From contig JBDSNU010000018.1 of NCBI GenBank assembly GCA_039915165.1, forward strand, positions 232,617 to 292,059: 59,443 bases of DNA, read 5' to 3'. The notes under the pieces were generated by a model. It made no database searches and was not told where the DNA came from. It worked only from the letters and a program-made list of their open reading frames with translations. Source of the stretch: Minisyncoccota bacterium. Its GTDB lineage: Bacteria > Patescibacteriota > Minisyncoccia > Phycocordibacterales > UBA9973. A program made the position numbers and the translations under genes. This document shows positions 47,900-57,551 of this stretch, piece after piece (position 1 is the stretch's first letter; every line of letters starts with the position of its first letter).

Positions 47900-49180
47900 A
47901 TGATTCGTCAAGAGTTAGACAATTTAAGACTACCGAGTGAGCCTGGGGTATATTTTTGGCTCGGTGGCAAGAAGCCTGGTGGTGGAGGGTATGAAGGGCG
48001 AGAAGTCTTGTATATTGGCAAGGCGACTTCTTTGCGTGACCGTGTTCGTTCATACTTCGCACCCGATATTATCAAGACACGCGGAGCCCATATTGTAGAC
48101 ATGGTTTTTAAAACAGTGACAGTTGCTTACGACACTACACCTACTGTTTTGGAAGCATTGATCTTAGAGGCAAACTTAATTAAAAAATATAAGCCATACT
48201 ATAATACTAAAGAAAAAGACGATAAAAGTTTCAATTGCGTAGTGATCACAAAAGAAGAATACCCGCGCATTATTCTTGTTCGACAAAAGGATCTAGATAC
48301 TCAAAACAAAACAGTAACACTGCCTCGTCTTGGTTTATTTAATACGCAATACGATACTGTGTTTGGACCATTTCCTAACGGTCCTTCTATTCGTGAAGCA
48401 TTGAAAATCATTCGCAAAATTTTCCCTTTTAGAGATCGTGCTAGTGCGCAAAAAGACAAAGAAGCGTTTTATAGACAAATAGCACTTGCACCTGATGTTT
48501 CGAATACGGAAGCAATTACAACGTATAAGAAAAATATTGCTCGCATCAAATTAATTTTCCAGGGCAAATTGCGTTCGCTTATTTCCGGACTAAAAAAAGA
48601 AATGATTGGGGTAGCAAAAGCGGAACAGTTTGAAGAAGCAAGCATATTGAAGCAAAAAGTATTTGCCCTCGAACATATTCAAGACATCTCGCTTATTAAA
48701 CGCGACTTAGAACGGGCAAGTGGAGAGAGTATTTTCCGCATTGAGGCATATGACATAGCCCACCTTTCCGGCAAGCAAATGGTAGGAGTGATGACAGTCA
48801 TTGAAAACTCGGCCGCAAATAAAAATGAGTATCGTAAATTTATTATACGTGGATTTGATAAGGCGAATGATGCGGGTGCATTACGAGAAATGCTCGTTAG
48901 ACGTTTGGCGCATACAGAATGGCCATATCCTTCAGTGGTTGTTGTTGATGGTAATATCATTCAAACAAATGTTGCTCGTGAGGTGTTGAGCGAATTACAG
49001 TTAGATATTCCAATTGTCGCAGTAACAAAGGATGAGCACCACAAAGCCAAAGCTATTACTGGTCCGCAAGAAATTGTAGAAAATAATAAATTTGCTATTT
49101 TACTGGCAAATAATGAGGCACACCGTTTCGCTATTACATTCCACAAAGATCGACGCAGTAAAGCAATGAATATTAAATGA
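47900..49180 (+). CDS. uvrC: Excinuclease ABC subunit C (short; no C-terminal HhH domain evident)
   Basis: PGVYFW..LYIGKATSLRDRVRSYF (GIY-YIG), RIEAYDIAH, VVVDG, EAHRFAITFH. Confidence 0.9.
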   Translation: MIRQELDNLRLPSEPGVYFWLGGKKPGGGGYEGREVLYIGKATSLRDRVRSYFAPDIIKTRGAHIVDMVFKTVTVAYDTTPTVLEALILEANLIKKYKPYYNTKEKDDKSFNCVVITKEEYPRIILVRQKDLDTQNKTVTLPRLGLFNTQYDTVFGPFPNGPSIREALKIIRKIFPFRDRASAQKDKEAFYRQIALAPDVSNTEAITTYKKNIARIKLIFQGKLRSLISGLKKEMIGVAKAEQFEEASILKQKVFALEHIQDISLIKRDLERASGESIFRIEAYDIAHLSGKQMVGVMTVIENSAANKNEYRKFIIRGFDKANDAGALREMLVRRLAHTEWPYPSVVVVDGNIIQTNVAREVLSELQLDIPIVAVTKDEHHKAKAITGPQEIVENNKFAILLANNEAHRFAITFHKDRRSKAMNIK

Positions 49181-50952
49181 TGTATCATATGACTATGAAG
49201 GCACGTAATTGGAGTAGATTTTTTCTTAGCATGACCGCATTTATTGCTGTCATAATTATTAATACTGTTACTGTTATTGCACAGCAAGACAATATCCAAG
49301 AACATATTCAACAATATAGTTCTATTATTGCCGTGCAAAAAAATAATACTATTAATGTAACAGAAACGATTCAGTATGTTTTTCCTGATGGTCAGCAAAA
49401 ACATGGCATCTATCGAATTATTCCACTAAAGGGTATTACAATTAGTAACATTAGCGTTGTTGATGAAAACAATACCAAATACCTTTTTACCGCCTCAAGA
49501 AGTGGCGGGGAAGAAACAATAAAAATTGGCGATGCTGATACATTGGTTACAGGAACTCATAATTATATTTTGCAGTATGTTGTTTCTGGGGCAATTACTA
49601 ACTATAAAGACTTTGATGAAATATATTGGAATGCAATCGGTGATCAATGGAGTTATCCAATAACGAGCAGCCATCAAACAATCATTTTACCTGCCATTGT
49701 TGGGAAGGATGCTTTGAAGATTGCATGTTATAAAGGTGCTCTAGGTTCAACCACAACTTGTAATGACCTTGTAACTATAACTACCACAACTACGACTCAG
49801 ATAGATTTCAATCACTCGGATTCGTTGGCAAGTAATGAGGGTATTACCATTGCGGCAGGTTTTCCAAAAGGTGTAGTTACTGAGCTAACTGCATGGCAAC
49901 GCTTTGTCCATGCCCTGAAAAATAATATTGAATTAATCATTGCTTTAATTATTTTACTAAGCTCAATTGTATATAGTATCAAGAGCTGGTTAAAGAATGG
50001 TCGTGATGGAAAGAGGTTGGGCATAATTGTTGCTCAATACGATGTACCGGAAGGAATGCATCCAAGTGAAGTATATGGATTACTACACAAAAATGTTGCT
50101 AATAGTGCTATTGCAGCCGAGCTAATTAATTTAGCAGTAAAAGGCTATGTAAAGATTGAAAAATTTGAAACAAAGATTTTACTATTTACATCAGATGATT
50201 ACCGCCTGACTCTTTTAATAGATAATAAAAATATTGGCGACACACTTGATGGTGCATTACTCTCAGGGCTGTTTGGGGCGAACACTCATGCTAGGGAAGT
50301 AGTATTACTGTCGGATTTGAAAGGCACTTTTTATACCACTGTAGCAAAAGTAAAAAAAGCCGTCTTCAGTCTTTTGGTTGGTAAGAATTATTTCACCAAA
50401 GATCCAAGTTCCGTTCGTGCTGTAGCAGTTGCTACAGGAGTGATTGGTATAATTGCCTCTATATTTATTGGAATATATGCATTCAATTATTTTAATGATA
50501 TATACGTTTTGCCCGTACTCATACTTGCTGTCATCATATGCGCTGTGACAAAATATCGCTCAGCCGCAAGAACAGTAAAGGGTGTGGAAATAAAAGAATA
50601 CATTCTAGGACTCAAAGAATATTTACAGATTGCGGAAAAAGACCGTATAAATTTTCATAATGCTCCAGACAAAAAGCCAGAATTATTTGAAGCACTACTC
50701 CCATACGCGATGGTTCTAGGTGTTGAAAAAGCTTGGGCAAAAGAATTCGAAGGAATTTATACTACTCCACCCAATTGGTATGTTGACCCAACAATGAATG
50801 GATTTAATACAGGTTTATTGGTAGGTAGTTTTTCAAATTTTAATTCTGTAGCAACGAGTTCATTTGTTGCCCCAAGCTCATCTGGTAGTGGAAGCGGTGG
50901 AGGCGGGTTTTCTGGCGGTGGTTCAGGCGGTGGTGGAGGCGGAAGTTGGTAA
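49177..50952 (+). CDS. DUF2207-family membrane protein
   Basis: HGIYRIIP, EIYWNAIG, LPYAMVLGV..WAKEF, Gly-rich end GGGFSGGGSGGGGGGSW. Confidence 0.85.
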   Translation: MMYHMTMKARNWSRFFLSMTAFIAVIIINTVTVIAQQDNIQEHIQQYSSIIAVQKNNTINVTETIQYVFPDGQQKHGIYRIIPLKGITISNISVVDENNTKYLFTASRSGGEETIKIGDADTLVTGTHNYILQYVVSGAITNYKDFDEIYWNAIGDQWSYPITSSHQTIILPAIVGKDALKIACYKGALGSTTTCNDLVTITTTTTTQIDFNHSDSLASNEGITIAAGFPKGVVTELTAWQRFVHALKNNIELIIALIILLSSIVYSIKSWLKNGRDGKRLGIIVAQYDVPEGMHPSEVYGLLHKNVANSAIAAELINLAVKGYVKIEKFETKILLFTSDDYRLTLLIDNKNIGDTLDGALLSGLFGANTHAREVVLLSDLKGTFYTTVAKVKKAVFSLLVGKNYFTKDPSSVRAVAVATGVIGIIASIFIGIYAFNYFNDIYVLPVLILAVIICAVTKYRSAARTVKGVEIKEYILGLKEYLQIAEKDRINFHNAPDKKPELFEALLPYAMVLGVEKAWAKEFEGIYTTPPNWYVDPTMNGFNTGLLVGSFSNFNSVATSSFVAPSSSGSGSGGGGFSGGGSGGGGGGSW

Positions 50953-50993
50953 AACTCTCGCGATAATTAAAAAATCTTTGCTATACTATTGCC

Positions 50994-51950
50994 ATGCAAC
51001 GAATTGGAGTTCTCCGAGGGGGCGTTAGTCCTGAATATGCGCTTTCTATTAAGACCGGTGCAAACGTACAAAAAGCCTTACATGATGCCGGACTTGAAGC
51101 AGTTGATATGCTGTTGGATAAGGATGGCACATTGCACGTTCGAGGTATTCCCACAGATGTAGAAACTGCCAAATCACAAGTTGATGGAGTATGGAATGCG
51201 CTTCACGGTAGTTTCGGTGAAGACGGGCAAGTTCAACAAGTACTTGATCACTATGACATACCATATACTGGGTCATCGGCAGATGTATCTGCCCTGGCTT
51301 TCAATAAGCAATCAGCCAAAGAGCATGCGAAAGCATTAGGGATTAATACGCCATCGTATCTTCTTATTATTCCTGAGGGGGGAGAGTCTGTATCAGCGGT
51401 GACACAAAAAATTTATAAAACTATGGCACCGCCTTGGGTGTTAAAGCCTTTGGTTGGTGGTGGTTCTGTACAAACATTCTTTGCCTTCACTCCGCTTGAA
51501 CTCTCTCAGTTTGTTGATGAAAGTATATCTAATGCTCAGCCATTTATCGCTGAACAGTATATCCAAGGGAGGGAAGCGGCAGTCGGTGTTATTGATGATT
51601 TTCGACAGCAAGAACACTATGCTTTGCCTGTAGTTGAGATAGCATCACCATCTCGGGGAATATTAACAAATGAAATGCGAAAAGGTGAAGAGCAGTACGC
51701 ACGTTTAAATGGTGGCTTCACTACAGGAGAGCGAGATATGTTGTCACGTTTAGCAAAACAGTTGCATGTACATTTTGGTGCAAAAGATTATTCTCAAAGC
51801 GAGTTCATTGTCGACAATAAAGGCAAGCCATGGTTTTTAGAATTAGATACACATCCGCATTTGACTAATAATTCACCTTTCCTGGTTGCATTGGATGCAG
51901 TAGGAGCTAGTATGCAAGAATTTGTAACATCTGTTGTTAAGGCAAAATAA
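50994..51950 (+). CDS. ddl: D-Ala-D-Ala ligase-like ATP-grasp protein with divergent active site
   Basis: VLRGGVSPEYALS, LHGSFGEDG, PYTGS, VLKP..GGS, EQYIQGRE; C-terminal motifs are atypical. Confidence 0.75.
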   Translation: MQRIGVLRGGVSPEYALSIKTGANVQKALHDAGLEAVDMLLDKDGTLHVRGIPTDVETAKSQVDGVWNALHGSFGEDGQVQQVLDHYDIPYTGSSADVSALAFNKQSAKEHAKALGINTPSYLLIIPEGGESVSAVTQKIYKTMAPPWVLKPLVGGGSVQTFFAFTPLELSQFVDESISNAQPFIAEQYIQGREAAVGVIDDFRQQEHYALPVVEIASPSRGILTNEMRKGEEQYARLNGGFTTGERDMLSRLAKQLHVHFGAKDYSQSEFIVDNKGKPWFLELDTHPHLTNNSPFLVALDAVGASMQEFVTSVVKAK

Positions 51951-51964
51951 GTTATACTTCTTTT

Positions 51965-52492
51965 ATGGAACATACAAACACGCATCGCTCAGGACTTATG
52001 AAATGGTCTATTATTATTGGCATTGTTATCGTATTGAATTTATTTTTTAATTATGCAATTTCTTTAGTCTACAAATCGCCTGATTATAATAATTACTTTC
52101 CACAAACTCAGGTTGTTCCCGACATCAATAATGAACAAGATTGTATTGCCGCTGGTGGACAATGGAATTCCTCGATTCCCCCAGGGCAAGTGCGGAAAGG
52201 TGAAGGGTACTGTGACCCAACATTTACTAAACAGCAGCAATATCAAGCTGCTCAAAAACAATATGACCGCAGCGTTTTCATCATTTTAGTAATCCTCGGA
52301 GTAATAAGTATTGTTACAGGGGCATTCGTTGTAAATGCTGTACTGTCACTGTCATTTTCTTGGGGAGGAGTCCTTTCATTGTTTATTGCCTCTGTTCGGT
52401 ATTGGTCAGATGCAAATAGTTTGATGAAGGTATTTATTCTGGCTATCGCTTTAGGGACATTGATCTGGGTTGCAGTCAAAAAATTTGCTTAA
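51965..52492 (+). CDS. Hypothetical membrane protein with two-Cys extracellular loop
   Basis: About four TM segments; CIAAGGQW...CDP. Confidence 0.7.
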   Translation: MEHTNTHRSGLMKWSIIIGIVIVLNLFFNYAISLVYKSPDYNNYFPQTQVVPDINNEQDCIAAGGQWNSSIPPGQVRKGEGYCDPTFTKQQQYQAAQKQYDRSVFIILVILGVISIVTGAFVVNAVLSLSFSWGGVLSLFIASVRYWSDANSLMKVFILAIALGTLIWVAVKKFA

Positions 52493-52558
52493 TTCATAGT
52501 TCGTGTCAAAAAGCCTTTCATTTGCTTGAAAGGCTTTTTTGTGGAAAAATGTATATAT

Positions 52559-55138
52559 ATGCCCACCTCCGCTAAAGCTTCGGCGCGCCAAAGAACTCCT
52601 GCCACAATATATAACCACTTGAAGGTGGAAAAAAAATGGCAGAAAGAATGGGAGGTAAATGGTACGTACAAAACTGAAAACCCTTCACTACGTTCAGGAT
52701 CTAAACGACTCCAACCAAAAATGTATGTTTTGGATATGTTCCCATATCCATCAGGTGCAGGACTGCACGTTGGACATCCTCGGGGATATATCGGTAGTGA
52801 TGTATATGCGCGCATGAAGCGTATGGATGGGTTCAACGTGCTTCACCCAATGGGCTTTGATTCATTTGGGTTACCAGCGGAACAATATGCGATTCAAACA
52901 AAGAAACACCCCGGACCTTTCACGGATAAACTTGTTGCTCAATATAAAAAACAATTAGAAGTAATTGGATTTTCATATGATTGGTCACGAGAAGTTTCTA
53001 CACACCGCCCCGAATATTACAAATGGACGCAATGGATCTTTTTGAAACTCTGTGACGCATGGTATGACAGCAAGAAAAATAAAGCGCGAACAATTGATGA
53101 ATTAGTAACACTGTTTGAGAAGAGCGGTACAAAGTCAGTAGCTGCATTTGCTGATAATGCTACCCCAACGTTTTCAGCAAAAGAGTGGCAAAGTTTTTCT
53201 GCTATCGAAAAACAAAATATTTTAATGCAGTACCGTTTGGCATACGAAGGATTTGCGGAGGTAAATTGGTGTGAAGAACTTGGTACAGTACTAGCGAATG
53301 ATGAGATTGTTGATGGTCCAACAGGTCCTGTTTCTGAGCGTGGCGGTTTTCCTGTCATCAAAAAAGCTATGCGTCAGTGGTTCATGCGTATCACGGCATA
53401 CGCAGATCGCTTGGTAGAAGATCTCCAGCCGCTTGATTGGCCAAACAATATCAAAGAGATTCAAAAAAACTGGATAGGGAAAAGTGTAGGATCAGAGATT
53501 ACTTTTGAAATTCCTGCAGCACAAACTTCTGTATCTGTTTTTACCACACGTGCAGATACGCTGTTCGGAGTGACATATATTGTCCTTGCACCTGAATACC
53601 CATTCATATCCGAATGGCAAAATGTTATTTCTAACTGGACAGAAGTTGAGGCGTATATAAAAAGCATCGCCCAAAAAGAAGAGAATGAAAGAACTGCAGC
53701 CGATAAGCCTAAGACCGGTATACAACTAAAGGGGCTTACTGCGATCAACCCTGCAAATGGTGAAGAAGTGCCGGTATGGATTGCTGACTATGTATTAGCA
53801 AACTATGGTACAGGCGCAGTGATGGGTGTTCCTCAACATGATGAACGTGACTTTGCATTTGCAACAACATATAAGTTGGCAATTATTGATCGACCACTAG
53901 TTGATAAAAATGAAATTACAAAAAAAGTAGCAGGCACACTTGTTACTAAATATAAAATGCGTGATGCAATTTTTGCACGTCAGCGTTACTGGGGTGAACC
54001 AATTCCATTACGCCACGCAACAAATGGATTGATCACTCCTTTGAAAGAAAAGCAGTTGCCTTTGGAATTACCAAAAGTAAAATCATACGAACCTTCCGGT
54101 AATGGCGAAAGTCCTTTGTCACAAGTAAAAGAGTGGATCAAAGAAGGATATGAAACAAACACTATGCCAGGGTGGGCAGGTTCTTCATGGTACTTCTTGC
54201 GATATATGGATCCGACAAATAACAAAGCATTTGCCGGAAAAAAAGCACTGGATTATTGGAAAGATGTAGATATGTATGTGGGAGGAGCAGAGCATGCCAC
54301 AGGCCACCTTTTGTATAGTCGTTTTTGGCACAAGTTCTTATTTGATATGGGTCTTGTTGCAACAAAAGAACCATTTAAAGCATTGCGTAATCAAGGATTG
54401 ATCGGAGGTTCTGATGGCCGCAAAATGTCAAAGCGATGGGGGAATGTTATTAATCCCGATGATGTGGTGAAATTGTACGGAGCAGACTCGTTACGTTTAT
54501 TTGAAATGTTCCTCGGTCCCTTTGAGGCACACTTGCCTTGGAGTACGGAAGGAATCATTGGCTCACGCAGATTTATTGAACGAGTCTGGCGCCTAGCCTT
54601 GAAGCTAAAAGATCAGGAGAATTTTCGAGCGTCTGGTGAGCGATTAGCGAGGACCAAGGACCGAGAAAATATTTCTGATCTTGGCGCTTCGCAGAAAGCA
54701 CTTCACAAGACAATTAAAAAAGTTACCAAAGATATTCAGACATTTTCATTCAATACAGCAGTTTCTTCATTAATGATTTGTTTAAATGAATTCGAAAAGA
54801 ATGGCGTAAGTGAAAAAGATTTTCAAATATTTCTACAACTGCTCGCACCATTTGCTCCACATGTCACAGAAGAATTATGGAATGGATCAACTAGTATTCA
54901 CCTTGCAGGCTGGCCGAAATTTAATCCAAAGTATCTTGTAGAAGATCAGGTTACAGTCGGTGTGCAAGTGAACGGTAAAGTAAGAGCAGAGATCACTATT
55001 GCTATAGATGCGTCAAAAGAGGATATAGAAACTGCTGCATTGGCACTACCGCGTATTCAAGAATTCTTGCAAGGTAAGTCAGTAAAGAAAATTATTGTTG
55101 TTCCGGGGCGGGTTATTAACATCGTTGCAACCGAATAG
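52559..55138 (+). CDS. leuS: Leucyl-tRNA synthetase
   Basis: MFPYPSGAGLHVGH, GGAEHA, KMSKRWGN, VQVNGKVR. Contains three REP-like in-frame segments. Confidence 0.97.
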   Translation: MPTSAKASARQRTPATIYNHLKVEKKWQKEWEVNGTYKTENPSLRSGSKRLQPKMYVLDMFPYPSGAGLHVGHPRGYIGSDVYARMKRMDGFNVLHPMGFDSFGLPAEQYAIQTKKHPGPFTDKLVAQYKKQLEVIGFSYDWSREVSTHRPEYYKWTQWIFLKLCDAWYDSKKNKARTIDELVTLFEKSGTKSVAAFADNATPTFSAKEWQSFSAIEKQNILMQYRLAYEGFAEVNWCEELGTVLANDEIVDGPTGPVSERGGFPVIKKAMRQWFMRITAYADRLVEDLQPLDWPNNIKEIQKNWIGKSVGSEITFEIPAAQTSVSVFTTRADTLFGVTYIVLAPEYPFISEWQNVISNWTEVEAYIKSIAQKEENERTAADKPKTGIQLKGLTAINPANGEEVPVWIADYVLANYGTGAVMGVPQHDERDFAFATTYKLAIIDRPLVDKNEITKKVAGTLVTKYKMRDAIFARQRYWGEPIPLRHATNGLITPLKEKQLPLELPKVKSYEPSGNGESPLSQVKEWIKEGYETNTMPGWAGSSWYFLRYMDPTNNKAFAGKKALDYWKDVDMYVGGAEHATGHLLYSRFWHKFLFDMGLVATKEPFKALRNQGLIGGSDGRKMSKRWGNVINPDDVVKLYGADSLRLFEMFLGPFEAHLPWSTEGIIGSRRFIERVWRLALKLKDQENFRASGERLARTKDRENISDLGASQKALHKTIKKVTKDIQTFSFNTAVSSLMICLNEFEKNGVSEKDFQIFLQLLAPFAPHVTEELWNGSTSIHLAGWPKFNPKYLVEDQVTVGVQVNGKVRAEITIAIDASKEDIETAALALPRIQEFLQGKSVKKIIVVPGRVINIVATE
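52566..52593 (+). repeat. REP-like family B forming the LeuS N-terminal extension (SAKASARQ)
   Basis: cctccgctaaagcttcggcgcgccaaag. Confidence 0.8.
52681..52701 (+). repeat. REP-like family A, in frame in leuS (PSLRSG)
   Basis: cccttcactacgttcaggatc. Confidence 0.7.
54611..54680. repeat. Longer imperfect inverted repeat, in frame in leuS (DQENFRASGERLARTKDRENISD)
   Basis: gatcagga-gaattttc ... gaaaatat-ttctgatc arms in a linker that is longer than usual. Confidence 0.5.
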
Positions 55139-55178
55139 CTTTTTTAGCAATCAAAAATAATGTATTATAGAGACACAT

Positions 55179-57542
55179 ATGTATCAAAACACCATTAGAA
55201 AATTCAACACAATATCATTTAGTATTATTACTGGACTGTGCGTACTTTTACCATTTTTCTTCCTACCTGCAACATTGAGCGGACTTGGTGCAACGAAGGC
55301 AGTAGTACTGTATATCGGAGTATTTCTCGCATTCTCATTTTGGCTCATCGCACAATTTTTGGATGGATCATTCAAGTTTCCAAAACATTGGACATTTTTA
55401 TTTATCGGATTGTGGGTAGTATTTGCATTAATTAGTGCATTAACTTCGCTAAATACTAGTATTTCTCTTTGGGGCAGAGGGTTTGCAGTAGACTCTTTCG
55501 CAACAGTGTTGGTTGTCGGATTGTTTACATTTTTGATTGCATCATTCTCTCGGGATCAGCGTCGTTTAGTGCAGCTCTTCCTCGCAGCATTTGCTGGGTC
55601 AGTGCTGACTGTATTTCTTCAGGTAGTTTTGTATGTAACACAGCGTACTCATTTTGTGTCTACCTATCTTGCACATGTTTCAACTCAAGGGACATTGGTT
55701 GGTTCATGGGTTGATTTTGCTTATTTTGTTATTTTCACATTCCTGCTCGCATTGTTGATGTATGAAGTATTGATGCCAAAAGGTTTTTTCCGAATATTGT
55801 CATTGGTAGCAATGGTACTTTCTTTGATCGTATTGGTGTTTCTTAACTTCAACGCTGCATGGATCATTACTATTGTTTCAGCATTGCTCGTATTCGTATA
55901 CAAATCATCAGTAGAGCGTTCTATTTCAAAATTCTTCTTAAAAAATAGTGATGCGAGTGAGAGCGAAAAGGAAGAAGAAATGCAAAACACTCAGCGTTTT
56001 CCAATCATGTCATTCGTGGCACTACTTGTTGGACTATTCTTCTTCTTAAGTAGTAATTCAATTGGTGCAGGTCTTGCTCATTTTGCTGGCGTATCATTTA
56101 CAGACATTCGTCCATCATTTGGCACTACTACTCATGTAATGCGTGCAACTCTTGCCCACGATCCAATATTTGGTGCCGGAGCCGGTCGCTATGCTGACAT
56201 GTGGAACCTCTATCATCCACTAGCAATTAACAATACTGTATTTTGGAATACATCATTTGATACGGGATATAGTTTCTTGCAGTCCGTATTTACTACAAAC
56301 GGTATTCTCCCGGTATTGTTCCTTGTCGCCGCATTGCTCTTCGCTGCAGTTCACGGATTCAAATTATTTAACTATCAGTTCCCAGATCGCTTCAGTCGAT
56401 TCATTGCGGTGACTTCAGTCATTATGCTCGTGGCATTCATTTGTTTGATTGTGTTTGCTTCACCCGGTCTTGTGTTGATTGCATTCGGTTTCATGTATCT
56501 TGGTTTACTACTCGGTGTTTCTACATTAGTTGGTAGAACAAAGCTTGCTTCACTGCAGTATCTTGATGATCCTCGTACTAGCTTCTTCGCCATCTTAGCA
56601 ATTGTTGTTGCTGCTATGGCTGGTTTCTCTGCTGTGTATTTCAGTGGTAACCGTTTTGCAAGTATTATTTATTATAACCGCGCTATTGCTGCAAGTGATC
56701 GATATACAGCACAGTCACGCCTAGAAAAAGCAATTGCACTTTCACCAAATGATATCTATTGGCGTACACGCACAGCATTGTTTACCAATCAATTCACTAG
56801 TGCAGCAGGGCAACAAAATCCTGATAAGAGTCAATTGCAAACATTTTTCTCTCAAGCAGAGCAGAGTGCGCAAGGTGCTGTTGCATGGGATCCAAATAGT
56901 GCAAATAACTGGCTGACATTGAGTCAGGTGTATCAACTTGTTTCTAGTACTCAAAATACACAAGCATTTACGAATGCAAAAACTGCAGCTGATGAAGCGC
57001 AAAAGCGTAATCCAACTAACCCAGTATTCGTATTGAATCAGGCTCAGCTAGCTCTTACTAAACAAGATACCGGGGCGGCGTTTAACTATATTGCTCAAGC
57101 AATCGCACTGAAGTCAGACTATCTTGATGCATATGTACTCAAAGCTCAGATTGAACAAGCTGGAGGAAGTACTACGGCTGCTGTAACAGAGATGACTGCA
57201 TATGTACAAGCTGCCCCTTATGATGATCAAGGATACTTGCTACTCGGTCAGGCATATACTCAACAAAAGGATTACACAAATGCAATTGCTGCATTTGCAC
57301 GTGCTCGTGATTTAGCGCCTACCAATCCAAATAATTATTTGCAATATATCAGTGCATTAATCGCTGGTGGGCAGAAAGAACAAGCGGTATCAGCACTCCA
57401 AGATTTCAAAGTGAAATTCCCACAAGTAACTGGTGTTGATGAACAGATTCAACGTATTCAAAATGGAACTGCTGCACCTATAGAGACAGCAACCGTTCCT
57501 GCTACAACAACTACACCTGCTACAACCCCAAAGAAAAAATAA
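55179..57542 (+). CDS. Polytopic membrane protein with C-terminal TPR repeats (O-antigen ligase-like N-terminal part)
   Basis: More than 10 TM segments, PIFGAGAG motif, TPR-like helices (AIALSPND, ARDLAPTN). Confidence 0.7.
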   Translation: MYQNTIRKFNTISFSIITGLCVLLPFFFLPATLSGLGATKAVVLYIGVFLAFSFWLIAQFLDGSFKFPKHWTFLFIGLWVVFALISALTSLNTSISLWGRGFAVDSFATVLVVGLFTFLIASFSRDQRRLVQLFLAAFAGSVLTVFLQVVLYVTQRTHFVSTYLAHVSTQGTLVGSWVDFAYFVIFTFLLALLMYEVLMPKGFFRILSLVAMVLSLIVLVFLNFNAAWIITIVSALLVFVYKSSVERSISKFFLKNSDASESEKEEEMQNTQRFPIMSFVALLVGLFFFLSSNSIGAGLAHFAGVSFTDIRPSFGTTTHVMRATLAHDPIFGAGAGRYADMWNLYHPLAINNTVFWNTSFDTGYSFLQSVFTTNGILPVLFLVAALLFAAVHGFKLFNYQFPDRFSRFIAVTSVIMLVAFICLIVFASPGLVLIAFGFMYLGLLLGVSTLVGRTKLASLQYLDDPRTSFFAILAIVVAAMAGFSAVYFSGNRFASIIYYNRAIAASDRYTAQSRLEKAIALSPNDIYWRTRTALFTNQFTSAAGQQNPDKSQLQTFFSQAEQSAQGAVAWDPNSANNWLTLSQVYQLVSSTQNTQAFTNAKTAADEAQKRNPTNPVFVLNQAQLALTKQDTGAAFNYIAQAIALKSDYLDAYVLKAQIEQAGGSTTAAVTEMTAYVQAAPYDDQGYLLLGQAYTQQKDYTNAIAAFARARDLAPTNPNNYLQYISALIAGGQKEQAVSALQDFKVKFPQVTGVDEQIQRIQNGTAAPIETATVPATTTTPATTPKKK

Positions 57543-57551
57543 TCCGTACGT

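Noticed and set aside
47960-47995. GGKKPGGGGYEG insert in UvrC as another REP copy
   Set aside because: It has no clear palindrome and no match to the repeat families seen elsewhere.
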